Below, piece by piece: positions 50,459-62,095 of a DNA stretch of 64,000 bases. The stretch's first letter is position 1, and each line of letters opens with the position of its first letter. The notes beneath the pieces were generated by a model. It did not search any database, had not been told where the DNA came from, and saw only the letters and a list, made by a program, of their open reading frames with translations. The DNA is from an uncultured Enterobacterales bacterium. GTDB lineage: Bacteria; Pseudomonadota; Gammaproteobacteria; Enterobacterales; Succinivibrionaceae. The position numbers and the translations under genes are program-made. The stretch lies in assembly GCA_964615195.1 (NCBI GenBank), contig CAZTNG010000002.1, forward strand, positions 4,524 through 68,523. Direction: 5' to 3'.

Positions 50459-51440
50459 TTTTTAATAATCCTTCTTTTAACAACCCATAAAGCGGTAAAA
50501 AATTAATATTTTTATTTGCAATCAGATTTATTTCCTCATTTTGCCCTAACGTGTATCCATTAGGAACTCGCGCAAATGCACATTTTTCAAGAGGAATAAC
50601 TTCAACCACTCTTCTAAAATTAAGACTCAATACATCAGTTATGGCTTCTAACTGATCTGAATCAATAATAACTAAAAGTTTTGAAAAAGGAGGTAGTCCC
50701 AATTGAGACGTAAAAAAATCGTCGCTTAATCTTAATATTTCAGTAGTTAATCTAGATAACAGAGGATCATTAGGTCCACCTACTACGCCACCACTTAATG
50801 TTTTATACCCTTTTAATGCTCTTGAATAACACAATTCACCGTTATACACACCGTAAACCATCAGTTCATGATTATTTGCTAAAAATAGGGTTATACATAG
50901 TTGAGGAATATAAGGACTATTTGTGGGATTTTCCTTCTTTAATGAAACATATTGATAGAATGAAATGAAATCAGCCATAGCTAAATCACTTATCGTAATT
51001 TTATCTAACACCGCTAAGCTGTTAATTATAGTGGCAACAACAGAAATTATTCTTTTCTCTACAAGCACAAATGTTAATGTTGGTTTAGAACTTTTGCTTG
51101 TTTTTGTATCATAAAAATCCCAAGTATAATCAGATATTCTTCCAGGCACTGCTCCATCTAGGTCCTTATACATTGCAATACCATGCAATTCTTCTTCAGT
51201 TAAAAGTTCATTTTTAGGTAATTGAGCTACACTATATACTCCATTGTAAAGCATCACTTTTACTAAAGCTCTAGGTGAAATTTTATTTTTAGTAAATAAA
51301 TCTTTTATAACTAGAGGCCAATCACCTGAAGAATTACACGTCTTAGAGTCCGTTACCAAACCCTTATGGTTTACACATAAAAGGTTTACCTCATTATGTC
51401 CTAAACCAATAATCACCGTGTTAAAATCATTTTTTTTCAT
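50445..51440 (-). CDS. mshI: MSHA biogenesis protein MshI N-terminal module (PilM-like)
   Basis: First gene of the msh series, a cytoplasmic 331-aa protein. Position downstream of ssb as in V. cholerae, where mshH intervenes. Confidence 0.6.
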   Translation of the reverse strand: MKKNDFNTVIIGLGHNEVNLLCVNHKGLVTDSKTCNSSGDWPLVIKDLFTKNKISPRALVKVMLYNGVYSVAQLPKNELLTEEELHGIAMYKDLDGAVPGRISDYTWDFYDTKTSKSSKPTLTFVLVEKRIISVVATIINSLAVLDKITISDLAMADFISFYQYVSLKKENPTNSPYIPQLCITLFLANNHELMVYGVYNGELCYSRALKGYKTLSGGVVGGPNDPLLSRLTTEILRLSDDFFTSQLGLPPFSKLLVIIDSDQLEAITDVLSLNFRRVVEVIPLEKCAFARVPNGYTLGQNEEINLIANKNINFLPLYGLLKEGLLKIEKN

Positions 51441-51871
51441 TGATAAAACCTAAATTTCATGCTCTACATCATCAATACCTTAGTTAACTTTAACAAATTT
51501 CATTTGAAATTTGCACATAATAACTATTTCATTGCAATTAAATTTAGCATAAATCAAATTATACATATAATTCAAATATCACAAATATGAAAATGCCTGA
51601 CATTTTCTCAAATTTATCTTTATTAGTAGAAATACAAAAATCAATTAAATACTTCTACAATTTTAACGCCATTATTCTTAAATTTACAAGAAATTAGGTG
51701 TTTTTATATCATTTAAGTTTTTTATTTTTAACAAAATTATTATACTAATTAAATTAAGCTGAGAAATTTTTTAATAAAAATAATACAAAACTAGATTATA
51801 TAAAATATTATATAATATTAATAACTCCTAAAAATCATACTTTAAAGAGTTAACTGAACTTAACAAAACTA

Positions 51872-51916
51872 ATGGCTACATACATTCGAGTAATATTTAA
51901 TTTTATATGTAGCCAT
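51872..51916 (-). terminator. Hairpin downstream of ssb (probable terminator)
   Basis: ATGGCTACATA...TATGTAGCCAT forms an 11-bp stem with a 23-nt loop. It begins 22 nt after the ssb stop and is followed on the minus strand by TAGTTTTGTT. Confidence 0.45.
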
Positions 51917-51937
51917 ATAACAATTTTTTTAATAATA

Positions 51938-52603
51938 TTAAAATGGAACATCATCATCTGCAAAAGGATGCATATCAGGTTCATTTTCATTTTTATTTTT
52001 TGAAGTATTATCACTACTAGAAGTTTGAGGAAAATCCTGAGCAACCTTAAACGAATTAGGTTCCGGCATGCTCCATTTAGTAGGATTAGAATTAAGGCTT
52101 GCTTGATTAACCATATTTCCAGAAGAAACATTGTTATTTTGCGTGCTATGCGAAAATTTATCTTGCACACTAGATTCTTTCACAACATTTTGATTCTGGG
52201 AATAATTTGACATTTGTTGCTGAGGTTGGGAATAATTATTACCAACAGGTTGTTGCTGATTACTATTTTTGCTACTTAACATTTGCATTTCTAATACTTG
52301 AATTTCAGTAACATATCTTTTAATGCCCTGTTTATCGTCATATGAGCGAGTTCTCATCTTACCTTCAACATAAACTAAACTTCCTTTCCTTAAATAATCT
52401 CTAGCTATTTCAGCCAATCTACCCCAAAAAACCAACCTATGCCATTCTACACGATCTTGCATCTGTCCTTGTTGATCTCGGTAACTTTCATTAGTTGCTA
52501 GAGATGCTGTTGCAACACCTGTTGAATTACTTGGTAGCATACGAAAATCTGGATCATTGGATATGTTACCCAATAAAATTACTTTATTTATACCTCTTGG
52601 CAT
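51938..52603 (-). CDS. ssb: Single-stranded DNA-binding protein with a long Gln/Asn/Ser-rich linker
   Basis: OB fold with GINKVILLGN...VEWHRLVFWGRLAE, and an acidic tip DDDVPF. Confidence 0.95.
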   Translation of the reverse strand: MPRGINKVILLGNISNDPDFRMLPSNSTGVATASLATNESYRDQQGQMQDRVEWHRLVFWGRLAEIARDYLRKGSLVYVEGKMRTRSYDDKQGIKRYVTEIQVLEMQMLSSKNSNQQQPVGNNYSQPQQQMSNYSQNQNVVKESSVQDKFSHSTQNNNVSSGNMVNQASLNSNPTKWSMPEPNSFKVAQDFPQTSSSDNTSKNKNENEPDMHPFADDDVPF

Positions 52604-52968
52604 AACTACTCCTTATAAAACAATACCAATTGAAGGTACAGATACTAAAAAATCATTAAAAACCTTCAACCACAAACAAATCTTGTCCATATTATCATAA
52701 GTCTAAAAATATGTCCCTCAAGAAACAAAAAATGAATTTTATAAAATGATGTACAACTCCCTTAATATACCTTATACATAAAGCACATAAAACTAGTGCT
52801 ACTACATAATAAATTCTATTACATTAACTTAAAGAATTAATAGCTAGATAGACAAGCAATAGCATATAATATTGAAATAATGTTAAATATTAATGCATTT
52901 GTTTTATATTATAAATACATAATAATTTGTATTATTTAATAAATAATTATTACAAATTTGGGGCGGAT

Positions 52969-55791
52969 ATGGCAAAAGAAATAATAATTAAAGGGGCTAA
53001 AACACATAACTTAAAAAATATAAGAGTTAATATTCCTAAAGATTGCTTTTGTGTTATTACAGGGTTATCAGGCTCAGGGAAATCATCTCTAGCATTTGAT
53101 ACAATCTATGCTGAAGGACAAAGAAAATATGTAGAATCGCTCTCTTCGTACGCTAGACAGTTTCTACAATTAATGGATAAACCTGACGTTGAATATATTG
53201 AAGGTTTATCTCCAGCCATATCAATAGAACAAAAATCAACTTCTCATAATCCAAGATCAACTGTTGGTACAATAACAGAAATTTACGATTACTTAAGAGT
53301 GCTCTACGCCAGAATTGGTGAAGCTAGATGCCCACAACATGGTAATATATTAAAAGCAAGTACTATTAAACAAATGCAAGATGAAATACTTAAAATACCA
53401 ACAGATTCAAAAATCATGATTCTTGCCCCTATAGTAAGAAATAGAAAAGGGGAATATAAATTATTATTAGATAATATGGCTCGCGCTGGTTACATTAGAG
53501 CAAAAATTGATGGAGAAATTTGTGATTTATCAGATCCTCCAGAATTAGATTTGCATAAAAAACATAATATAGAAATCATAATAGATCGATTAAAAAAACG
53601 TGATGACGACATATTTCTGCAAAGAATTGCAGACTCGCTAGAAACAGCATTAAAACTCACCAATGGAATAGCATCTGTATCATTAATTGATGAACCACAA
53701 ATTAATGACTTAGTCTTCTCTCAAAATTATTCTTGCCTAAAATGTGGATATTCTATTCAAGAACTTGAACCAAGAAATTTTTCATTTAATAATCCTGCTG
53801 GTGCATGTCCTACATGCTTAGGATTAGGTGCAATTGAAATTTTTTTACCAGATTCTTTTATTGTAGACGAATATTTGACCCTTAGAGAAGGAGCAATAAA
53901 ATATTGGAGTCCTTCGGCAAAAAACAATTTTGCAATACTTTCATCTTTAGCAAAACATTACGGCTTTAGTCTTGATACTCCTTATAATCAATTATCTAAC
54001 AATATAAAAGATTTAATATTCTTTGGAAATAATAATGAACAAATAGAAATAAAAATGATTTTGGAAAATGGTGGACTTTACCAAAGAAAAACAAGTTTTG
54101 ATGGAGTAATTCAGTCTATTAATAAAAAATTTAAAGAAGGTTTTAATAGTCAAAAAGAAGAATTATCAAAATACATAACTGCACGAGAATGTACAGAATG
54201 TAATGGAGCTAGATTAAAAGAAGCATATAGAAATGTTTTTATAAATAACCTTTCTTTACCTCAATTAGGGAGCCTTACAATAAAAGAAAATTTGAATTTT
54301 TTCAAAAATTTAAAATTATCTCTTCAACAAGAGACTATAGCGAATAGACTAATTAAGGAAATAACTTCTCGCCTTCAATTTCTAGTTAACGTTGGATTAG
54401 ATTATCTAACAATAAATAGATCTGCTGACACTTTATCTGGTGGTGAAAGTCAGCGAATTAGACTTGCTAGTCAAATAGGTTCTGGACTTACAGGTGTTAT
54501 GTACGTATTAGATGAACCTAGTATTGGATTACATCAACGAGACAATGAAAAACTCTTAGAGTCTCTCTTTCATCTACGTGATTTAGGTAATTCTGTTATT
54601 GTCGTTGAACATGATGAAGATACAATTCGAAAAGCAGATCATATAATTGATGTAGGACCTGGAGCAGGAATTCATGGCGGACAAATTGTAGCTCAAGGTT
54701 CGATAAATGATATTGTTAATGAGCCATCGTCTATAACTGGAATGTACCTCAGCGGAGTAAAGAAAATTGCAATACCTAAAAGAAAAGCAATGGGAGATAA
54801 GTTTATAAAATTAAGTGGTGCAAAAGGTAATAATCTAAAAAACATTTCAATTAGTATTCCATGTGGCCTATTAACTTGCGTTACAGGTGTGTCTGGATCA
54901 GGGAAATCAACATTAGTTAACAATACTCTTTATATAATTGCCCAAAAAGTACTAAATAATGCAAAAAACAGCATACCCGATCCCTATCAAAATATTGAGG
55001 GCTTAGAATATTTTGATAAAGTAATAAATATTGATCAAAGTCCTATTGGCAGAACTCCTAGATCCAATCCTGCAACATACGTAGATTTCTTTACAGCAAT
55101 TAGAGAACTATTTGCAAACACAAGAGAATCAAGAGCTCGAGGATATACTCCAGGAAGATTTTCATTTAATATTAAAGGTGGAAGATGCGAAGCATGTCAT
55201 GGAGATGGAGTAATCAAAGTAGAAATGAATTTTCTTCCAGATGTTTACGTTAAATGTGATGAATGTTGTGGAAAAAGATTTAATAAAGAAACATTAGATA
55301 TTACCTATAAGAACAAAACAATCCAAGATGTTTTAAATATGTCAGTAGAAGAAGCTCTTGAATTCTTTGAAGCAATACCAACTATAAAAAAGAAACTCCA
55401 AACTCTATCTGATGTAGGTTTGTCATACATTACACTAGGTCAACAAGCTACTACATTATCTGGAGGGGAAGCTCAAAGAATAAAACTAGCTAAAGAACTC
55501 TCAAAAATTTCATCAGGCAAAACACTGTATATTCTAGATGAGCCAACTACAGGACTTCATTTCCAAGATGTAGATATGTTATTAAATGTCTTATTTAAAC
55601 TAAGAGACGCTGGTAATACTATTGTTGTTATAGAGCACAATCTAGATGTAATAAAATGTGCAGATTATATAATTGATCTTGGACCAGAAGGTGGAAACAA
55701 TGGAGGAGAGGTAATCGCAATTGGAACTCCTGAACAAGTTTCCAAAAATGAAAAATCTTACACTGGAATTTTTTTGAACAAAATTTTATAA
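52969..55791 (+). CDS. uvrA: Excinuclease ABC subunit A
   Basis: [18 protein letters not shown] and [14 protein letters not shown], two ABC modules, and Zn fingers (CxxC). The start is moved to the ATG at 52969. The track's TTG at 52927 adds 14 non-conserved residues. Confidence 0.97.
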   Translation: MAKEIIIKGAKTHNLKNIRVNIPKDCFCVITGLSGSGKSSLAFDTIYAEGQRKYVESLSSYARQFLQLMDKPDVEYIEGLSPAISIEQKSTSHNPRSTVGTITEIYDYLRVLYARIGEARCPQHGNILKASTIKQMQDEILKIPTDSKIMILAPIVRNRKGEYKLLLDNMARAGYIRAKIDGEICDLSDPPELDLHKKHNIEIIIDRLKKRDDDIFLQRIADSLETALKLTNGIASVSLIDEPQINDLVFSQNYSCLKCGYSIQELEPRNFSFNNPAGACPTCLGLGAIEIFLPDSFIVDEYLTLREGAIKYWSPSAKNNFAILSSLAKHYGFSLDTPYNQLSNNIKDLIFFGNNNEQIEIKMILENGGLYQRKTSFDGVIQSINKKFKEGFNSQKEELSKYITARECTECNGARLKEAYRNVFINNLSLPQLGSLTIKENLNFFKNLKLSLQQETIANRLIKEITSRLQFLVNVGLDYLTINRSADTLSGGESQRIRLASQIGSGLTGVMYVLDEPSIGLHQRDNEKLLESLFHLRDLGNSVIVVEHDEDTIRKADHIIDVGPGAGIHGGQIVAQGSINDIVNEPSSITGMYLSGVKKIAIPKRKAMGDKFIKLSGAKGNNLKNISISIPCGLLTCVTGVSGSGKSTLVNNTLYIIAQKVLNNAKNSIPDPYQNIEGLEYFDKVINIDQSPIGRTPRSNPATYVDFFTAIRELFANTRESRARGYTPGRFSFNIKGGRCEACHGDGVIKVEMNFLPDVYVKCDECCGKRFNKETLDITYKNKTIQDVLNMSVEEALEFFEAIPTIKKKLQTLSDVGLSYITLGQQATTLSGGEAQRIKLAKELSKISSGKTLYILDEPTTGLHFQDVDMLLNVLFKLRDAGNTIVVIEHNLDVIKCADYIIDLGPEGGNNGGEVIAIGTPEQVSKNEKSYTGIFLNKIL

Positions 55792-55825
55792 TCATAAAAT
55801 AGTACTAGAAATATAAAGGATAAAA

Positions 55826-56221
55826 TTGATAATGAGTTATTTGTTAACTGATACCGAATTTAACGCTGCGTTACAACTTAATGCAGATTATCGATACCAA
55901 CATTTTTTTTCAAAGATTAAAAAAAATTTGGTTGTTTACGTTTTAAGAAAAGAACAAGAAATTTTATTTCTAGAATCCACAGATGAGGATTCTGAAAATA
56001 ATATACTACCTGTATGGTGTCATGAAGACTACGCTGCAAAATATACAGAAAATAACGAAACCTGCGAAAAATACACACCTCAAGCAATTTCATTAGCTAT
56101 TTTTTTGGAAAAATGGATTCCAACAATGGCTTCATCAAATGGAGAATTAGCTATATTCCCAACAACAAACTCAGATTGCACTATAATTTCAGCTGCAGAA
56201 TTTGAAAAAGAATTTAACTAA
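55826..56221 (+). CDS. Small cytoplasmic protein, DUF2750-like
   Basis: RYQHFFSKIKKN...VY.L......LPVWCHEDYA pattern, recalled from the DUF2750 family. The start may be the ATG at 55832 rather than the TTG at 55826. Confidence 0.45.
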   Translation: MIMSYLLTDTEFNAALQLNADYRYQHFFSKIKKNLVVYVLRKEQEILFLESTDEDSENNILPVWCHEDYAAKYTENNETCEKYTPQAISLAIFLEKWIPTMASSNGELAIFPTTNSDCTIISAAEFEKEFN

Positions 56222-56225
56222 TGCC

Positions 56226-56263
56226 AAAATGCTTATTTTCAAAACAATGTAAATAAGCATTTT
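56226..56263. terminator. Bidirectional terminator between convergent genes
   Basis: AAAATGCTTATTT-tcaaaacaatgt-AAATAAGCATTTT forms a 13-bp stem whose arms include A/T runs. Confidence 0.7.
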
Positions 56264-56335
56264 CAACAAAATACCAATTGTAAGATAACTAATACAGAAA
56301 ATATTACAACTTATTTAATAATTCACTCTTAAAAA

Positions 56336-58336
56336 TTACTTAGAATTTGTATTTAAATATTCACTTCCATATAATTCATTAGAGTATAGATAATCACCAA
56401 TTATTCCCATTGCATGGCCAATATTCACAAAATCTTTTTCATTTGATATCGGAACCAAAGGGCCGGACAATTTTTCCAATGCGTATGTTTGTGGCTCCTT
56501 TTCAGGAGAAAATAATACTACTTTCCCAGGTATCATATATGCGAAATTATTGTTATATTGCATAAGAGCACGCCCCCCATTAGTATTTATACATAAATCC
56601 TGGCCAATCATTGGATATGATGCCGATATCCCTGCTAATGATAATAACGTTGGAGCCATATCTATTTGACTGACCATTCTATTGTCTATTTTGGGCTTAA
56701 TATCAGCTCCTAAAATTAAAGCAGGAATATGATAATTACTTAATGGAACACTAGTTTTCCCAGTTACCCTACTATCATGATCAGCAATAATTAAAAAAAT
56801 AGTGTCTTTATAATATTCTTCTTTTTTTGCATTCTTAAAAAATTCACCTAATGCATAATCAGCATATTTCACTGCGTTATTTCTCGTGTTTTTATTCACA
56901 TCATACAAGTCAATTTTTCCATCAGGAAATTCAAATGGATCATGATTTGAAGAAGTAAACACTAAACTAAAAAATGGCTTTTTGCTCGCGTACATTGTTT
57001 TAAATTGCTCATTCACTTTTTTGTACAAATCTTCATCACTAACGCCCCAAGAGCCAACAAAAGATGGATTTAAATAATCATTCTCTCCAATAATATTTTG
57101 TACACCATTTCCTAAAAAAAAGGTTTTCATGTTATCAAAATGGGTTTCACCACCATAAATAAAACTTGTAACATATCCTTTTGACTTAAGCAAAGCAGGT
57201 AACGTGAAAAAATTACTTTGAGCTTTATCTAATTTAACGACAGCTGTTATTGGCGTAGGAGGAAAACCAGAAACAACAGCTTCAATGCCTCGAATAGATC
57301 TTGTTCCTGTAGCAAAAGCATTTGTAAAACTCCATCCTTCTGCTGATAATTTTTCATAATTTGGGGATAAATCTAAGCCGCCCAAAGATTTTACAAATTG
57401 AGCGCCAAAACTTTCTTGCAAAAGGATAACAATGTTCAAAGGTTTACTTCTATTATAAGCTGCTTGATTTAAAGACAGTGTTGGTTGAGATTTACCTCCT
57501 TGTTCATATTGTTGCGAAACTCTGTTTGAATTATTCCTAACAAGAGAAATTAAAGTTTCATCATCCATTTTTCCATAATATTCCATGGCACTTTTATCTT
57601 TTTTCATTCGAGTAGCCGCAAATGCCACTGAATAACTTGAATTTAAAACAGCTTCATTTATTGTGGGATCTGTACTAAATGCAACCATTGCAGGATTTAT
57701 AGGACGGTGACCTAAAGTTGATCTAGCCATAAATACAGTAACAGCCAAAATAACAGGTAAAAGCAGTATAGTTACTAGTTTATTAATTTTATATTCTTTC
57801 TTTACTATTTTTCCAAATATCCTTAATGCTCCTAAAAAAACTAAAACAACAATTATCAATCCAATAACTAATTGCAAAGCTCTCCCTTGACAAAGCATTT
57901 TTAAAACTTCTTTCGGATAAACTAGATATTCTACAAAGAATCTATTAGGTCTAACGCCATACTCAGTTATAAAATCTGGCGTAGAAGCTTCCATAAAAAA
58001 TGAAAATGTTACAAAAAAAGACATTAGTACAATGTATAAATATCTATAAAGTTTCCATGAAAATATCGTTAAAGAACTTAAGATTGTACAAGTAAACAAA
58101 ATAGATAATATCCAACCTAAACTAGACAGATCTATTCTGAATCCAAATAAAAATATATTCATTAAATCTTTTATAGATGCAATTCTGTCACTTATCATTA
58201 AGCATAATATTACTCTACCTACAAAAAAAACAATTAACATAGCAAAAGACATATACAATAACGGCATTATTGGTCTTAAACTATTTTTTACTATTAGCAG
58301 GTATTTCATGCTTATGCTCTCTATAATTTCAAACAC
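56336..58336 (-). CDS. LTA synthase / phosphoglycerol-transferase family membrane sulfatase (OpgB/MdoB-like)
   Basis: About 5 N-terminal TM segments plus an extracytoplasmic alkaline-phosphatase-superfamily (sulfatase) domain (FTSSNHDPF, IIADHD). The track start is GTG. The ATG at 58309 (MKYLL) is an alternative. Confidence 0.78.
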   Translation of the reverse strand: MFEIIESISMKYLLIVKNSLRPIMPLLYMSFAMLIVFFVGRVILCLMISDRIASIKDLMNIFLFGFRIDLSSLGWILSILFTCTILSSLTIFSWKLYRYLYIVLMSFFVTFSFFMEASTPDFITEYGVRPNRFFVEYLVYPKEVLKMLCQGRALQLVIGLIIVVLVFLGALRIFGKIVKKEYKINKLVTILLLPVILAVTVFMARSTLGHRPINPAMVAFSTDPTINEAVLNSSYSVAFAATRMKKDKSAMEYYGKMDDETLISLVRNNSNRVSQQYEQGGKSQPTLSLNQAAYNRSKPLNIVILLQESFGAQFVKSLGGLDLSPNYEKLSAEGWSFTNAFATGTRSIRGIEAVVSGFPPTPITAVVKLDKAQSNFFTLPALLKSKGYVTSFIYGGETHFDNMKTFFLGNGVQNIIGENDYLNPSFVGSWGVSDEDLYKKVNEQFKTMYASKKPFFSLVFTSSNHDPFEFPDGKIDLYDVNKNTRNNAVKYADYALGEFFKNAKKEEYYKDTIFLIIADHDSRVTGKTSVPLSNYHIPALILGADIKPKIDNRMVSQIDMAPTLLSLAGISASYPMIGQDLCINTNGGRALMQYNNNFAYMIPGKVVLFSPEKEPQTYALEKLSGPLVPISNEKDFVNIGHAMGIIGDYLYSNELYGSEYLNTNSK

Positions 58337-58397
58337 TTAAATCAGCTACCAAAATGAGGGTAAAACATATTCTTAACTACAAATTATAGTTAATTTT

Positions 58398-61300
58398 TTA
58401 TTTAGTTGGAATATAACCCAAATAGTATCCCATTCCATTTTCTATGTCTTCAACTTTTCTGTTAGTAGACTTAGAATATGACAATAACTGATCTCTCTGA
58501 ATACCATTTACAGAAAAATAACACGATTCTTTATTACCAAAAATTAAACAACTTACAGCGCTAACAGGATTCATCATGTATGATGATGTTAATGATAAAT
58601 TAATTTTATTTTCTACTTCAAAAACATTCCACAATACAGATTTCATCGAATGATCAGGACACACTGGATATCCAATAGCTGGCCTAATACCTTGATATTT
58701 ACCACTTATAATACTACCAATATCTACGGGATTTATTTTTTCTTCATAACCCCAATATTCTGTTCTCACCAAATAATGCACATATTCAGCAGCAGCTTCT
58801 GCCAATCTGTCGGCTAAAATTTGTGCTAACATTGCACGGTAATCATCTTCTTTTGCTTTATATTTTTGTTTTATATTCTCTATCCCGATACCTGCATTTA
58901 TAGCCATAAACCCAATAGCATCATTATCTTCATCTATAAAATCAGCCAACGATAAACAAGTAGACGTATCCATTTGTTGTCTTAAAAAATGCAAATTAAA
59001 ATTCTTATTTGCGCAAATAGTAACTGTGTCAGCAGACGTTTTTTTAGCAGGATATAAACATATCAATCCTTTTATCTTAAAGACTTTACTGTCAATAAAT
59101 TCTTTAAGCATTAATTGACAATCATTATATAAGTTGGTTGCCTCTTTACCACTATCAGGATCAGACAATAAAGCAGGGAATGAACCTTTTAAACCCCACG
59201 CTGAAAACAAACCTTGCCACCAAATAAATTTTAAAATCTCTTTCAAATCAATATCTAGTACTTTTGACCCCAAAAAATTTGGAGTATTTGGCTTTGTAAT
59301 TTTAAAATCGATTATTTTTGATCTATTTACAGCATCCTGATATGAAATTGTTTTTAATTTAGAATATTTCAATTCATAAAAATGTCTTGCTAAAGCATAA
59401 TCCTCTCTAATTTTTTTCAAAAAATCTAACTTTAGATCTTTAGATAACAAACTTTGAACAACAGTTACTGCTCTGCTTGCGTTACTTACATATACAATAG
59501 GAGCTGAATATTCTTTTTCTAATTTAACAGCTGTGTGAGCTTGAGATGTCGTAGCACCACCAATTATAACTGGGATACGTAATCCTCTATTTTCTAACTC
59601 TTTTGCTATATGTACCATCTCATCTAATGAAGGTGTAATTAATCCAGACAAACCTATAATATCAACTTTTTCATCAATAGCAGTTTGAATTATCTTTTCA
59701 CAACTTACCATTACACCCAAATCAATTATTTGATAATTATTACATTGAAGGACTACCGAAACAATATTTTTCCCAATATCATGGACATCGCCTTTTACTG
59801 TTGCCAACAAAATTTTACCATTAGTTTTTATATCTGTTTTTTTATCTGAAATAAATGGTTCTAAATAAGAAACAGACTTTTTCATAACCCTTGCAGATTT
59901 AACAACCTGAGGCAAAAACATTTTTCCAGCACCAAACAAGTCACCAACTATGGTCATACCATTCATTAATGGACCTTCTATAACATCAATAGGTCTTTTT
60001 GATAATTTGCGTACAGATTCAGTATCTTCATCAATATATTCAGTTATTCCCTTAATTATAGAATATTCTAGTCTTTTATCAGCAGAGAGGTTTCTCCAAC
60101 TTGAATCTATATTATTTTGTATTCCTATACTTGAAAAGGAATTATTTCTATATTTTTCTGCAACTTCTAAAAGAGAATCTGTAGCTTGAATTGACGAATT
60201 TAAAATAACATCTTCTACTTTTTCTCTCAATTCTAAAGGAATTTCTTCATATGATGAAAGTTGCCCAGCGTTTACTATTCCCATATCCATACCATTTTTA
60301 ATGCAATGGTATAAAAAAACAGTATGAATTGCTTTTCGTAAAGGTTCATTTCCTCTAAATGAAAATGAAACATTAGAAACGCCACCTGAAATTAAGGCAA
60401 AAGGCAATTTTTCTTTGATTGTTTTAACTGCATTAATAAAATCTAATGCATAATTATTATGTTCTACAATTCCTGTTGCCACTGCAAAAATATTAGGATC
60501 GAAAATAATATCTTCTGGTGGAAAATTAATACTCATTAATAAGTTATAAGCTTTAGTACAAATATCAATTTTTCTTTTATAGGTATCAGCTTGTCCATTT
60601 TCATCAAATGCCATAACTACTACAGATGCACCATACTTCCTAATCAAATTTGCACGTAGTAAAAATTTATCTATTCCTTCCTTCATGGAAATAGAATTAA
60701 CTATAGATTTACCTTGTACACATTTTAATCCTGCTTCAACAACATCCCATTTAGATGAATCAATCATTATAGGTACTTTGGAAATTTCAGGCTCAGATGC
60801 TACAAGATTCAAGAATTTAACCATACATTCTTTTGCATCAATCATACCCTCATCCATGTTTATATCTATAATTAATGCTCCATTCTCTACTTGTAACCTT
60901 GCTACATCCAAGGCTTCACTAAAATTTCCTTCTTTTATTAATTTTCTAAATTTTGCACTTCCTGTAACATTTGTTCTTTCACCAACATTTATAAACAAAG
61001 AATCTTTAGTAATATTCAAAGCTTCTAATCCACTAAGTCTACAAGCCTTTTCAATAACATTAATTTTTCTTGGAGAAAGATTTTCTACAGCTTTAGCTAT
61101 GGCATTAATATGCTCTGGCGTTGTTCCACAACAACCACCTATAATATTTATAAAGCCTTTAGATGCCCATTTTTGAGCATATTGCCCCATTTCTTTTGGA
61201 GATAAATCATAACCACCAAATGCATTAGGCAGACCAGCGTTAGGATGAACTGAAACAAAACCTTCACAAATTGTATTCAACTCTGATACATACTGCTCTA

Positions 61301-62078
61301 ATTCAGCAGGACCTAGAGCACAATTTAAACCAAAAGATAAGGCATTAGAATGTCTCAAACTATTATAAAAGGCTTCTAATGTTTGACCTGATAAAGTTCT
61401 ACCTGATGCATCAGTTATGGTTCCAGAAATCATTATTGGAATAGAGAAACCTATATCAGAAAAAAGATTCTCAATACCAAAGATTGCTGCTTTAGCATTT
61501 AAAGTGTCAAAAATAGTCTCTATAAGTAAAAAATCGACACCACCTTCAACCAAACCCTTTGCTGCGGTGTAATAACCTTGAGATAAAGTATCAAATGTAA
61601 CATTTCTTGCACCGGGATCGTTTACATCAGGAGATATAGAACATGTTCTATTAGTTGGACCTAAAACACCTGCCACAAAACGAGGCTTGAGAGGTGTCAA
61701 TAATGTATAACTATCAGCCGCCCTTCTCGCTATCTGAGCAGCTGATTTATTAATATCAAAACAAAAATGCTCAATACCATAATCTGACAAAGGTATTGGC
61801 GTAGAATTAAAACTGTTAGTTTCTATTATATCAGCGCCGGCTTCAAGATATTTGCTATGAATAAATTCAATCTTTTCAGGGCATGATATACAAAGTACAT
61901 CGTTACACCCTTTAAGATCAATTAATGAATTAACAAATAATTCACCTCTATAGTCACTCTCTTTTAGTGCGAGTGACTGAATCATAGTACCCATTGCACC
62001 ATCAAGTACTAAGATTCTTTTATTTAGTATTTCTTTAATATTTTGAGATGTTCTCTTTATGTTATTACTGTGGAGCAT
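58398..62078 (-). CDS. metH: Cobalamin-dependent methionine synthase
   Basis: 1226 aa with Hcy, pterin, B12 and AdoMet modules. B12-binding motif [11 protein letters not shown] (DxHxxG). Confidence 0.97.
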   Translation of the reverse strand: MLHSNNIKRTSQNIKEILNKRILVLDGAMGTMIQSLALKESDYRGELFVNSLIDLKGCNDVLCISCPEKIEFIHSKYLEAGADIIETNSFNSTPIPLSDYGIEHFCFDINKSAAQIARRAADSYTLLTPLKPRFVAGVLGPTNRTCSISPDVNDPGARNVTFDTLSQGYYTAAKGLVEGGVDFLLIETIFDTLNAKAAIFGIENLFSDIGFSIPIMISGTITDASGRTLSGQTLEAFYNSLRHSNALSFGLNCALGPAELEQYVSELNTICEGFVSVHPNAGLPNAFGGYDLSPKEMGQYAQKWASKGFINIIGGCCGTTPEHINAIAKAVENLSPRKINVIEKACRLSGLEALNITKDSLFINVGERTNVTGSAKFRKLIKEGNFSEALDVARLQVENGALIIDINMDEGMIDAKECMVKFLNLVASEPEISKVPIMIDSSKWDVVEAGLKCVQGKSIVNSISMKEGIDKFLLRANLIRKYGASVVVMAFDENGQADTYKRKIDICTKAYNLLMSINFPPEDIIFDPNIFAVATGIVEHNNYALDFINAVKTIKEKLPFALISGGVSNVSFSFRGNEPLRKAIHTVFLYHCIKNGMDMGIVNAGQLSSYEEIPLELREKVEDVILNSSIQATDSLLEVAEKYRNNSFSSIGIQNNIDSSWRNLSADKRLEYSIIKGITEYIDEDTESVRKLSKRPIDVIEGPLMNGMTIVGDLFGAGKMFLPQVVKSARVMKKSVSYLEPFISDKKTDIKTNGKILLATVKGDVHDIGKNIVSVVLQCNNYQIIDLGVMVSCEKIIQTAIDEKVDIIGLSGLITPSLDEMVHIAKELENRGLRIPVIIGGATTSQAHTAVKLEKEYSAPIVYVSNASRAVTVVQSLLSKDLKLDFLKKIREDYALARHFYELKYSKLKTISYQDAVNRSKIIDFKITKPNTPNFLGSKVLDIDLKEILKFIWWQGLFSAWGLKGSFPALLSDPDSGKEATNLYNDCQLMLKEFIDSKVFKIKGLICLYPAKKTSADTVTICANKNFNLHFLRQQMDTSTCLSLADFIDEDNDAIGFMAINAGIGIENIKQKYKAKEDDYRAMLAQILADRLAEAAAEYVHYLVRTEYWGYEEKINPVDIGSIISGKYQGIRPAIGYPVCPDHSMKSVLWNVFEVENKINLSLTSSYMMNPVSAVSCLIFGNKESCYFSVNGIQRDQLLSYSKSTNRKVEDIENGMGYYLGYIPTK

Positions 62079-62095
62079 GAATATCCTTGAAATAT

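Noticed and set aside
51850-52170. A 106-aa minus-strand ORF overlapping the 3' half of ssb in another frame, and a plus-strand ORF at 52025-52210.
   Set aside because: These are alternate frames of the low-complexity Gln/Asn linker region of ssb. Their Leu/Ile/Lys-rich composition is typical of an AT-rich off-frame, and they have no independent start signals.
52927-52968. The track's TTG start, which gives UvrA a 14-residue N-terminal extension ([14 protein letters not shown]).
   Set aside because: The conserved UvrA N-terminus begins at [10 protein letters not shown] (ATG 52969). The extension is AT-rich spacer with no homology, so the start was moved.
58373-58393. The hairpin TTAACTA-caaatta-TAGTTAA after metH.
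   Set aside because: It has a 7-bp, almost all-A/T stem without a proper T-run. Such stems are expected by chance in DNA this AT-rich.
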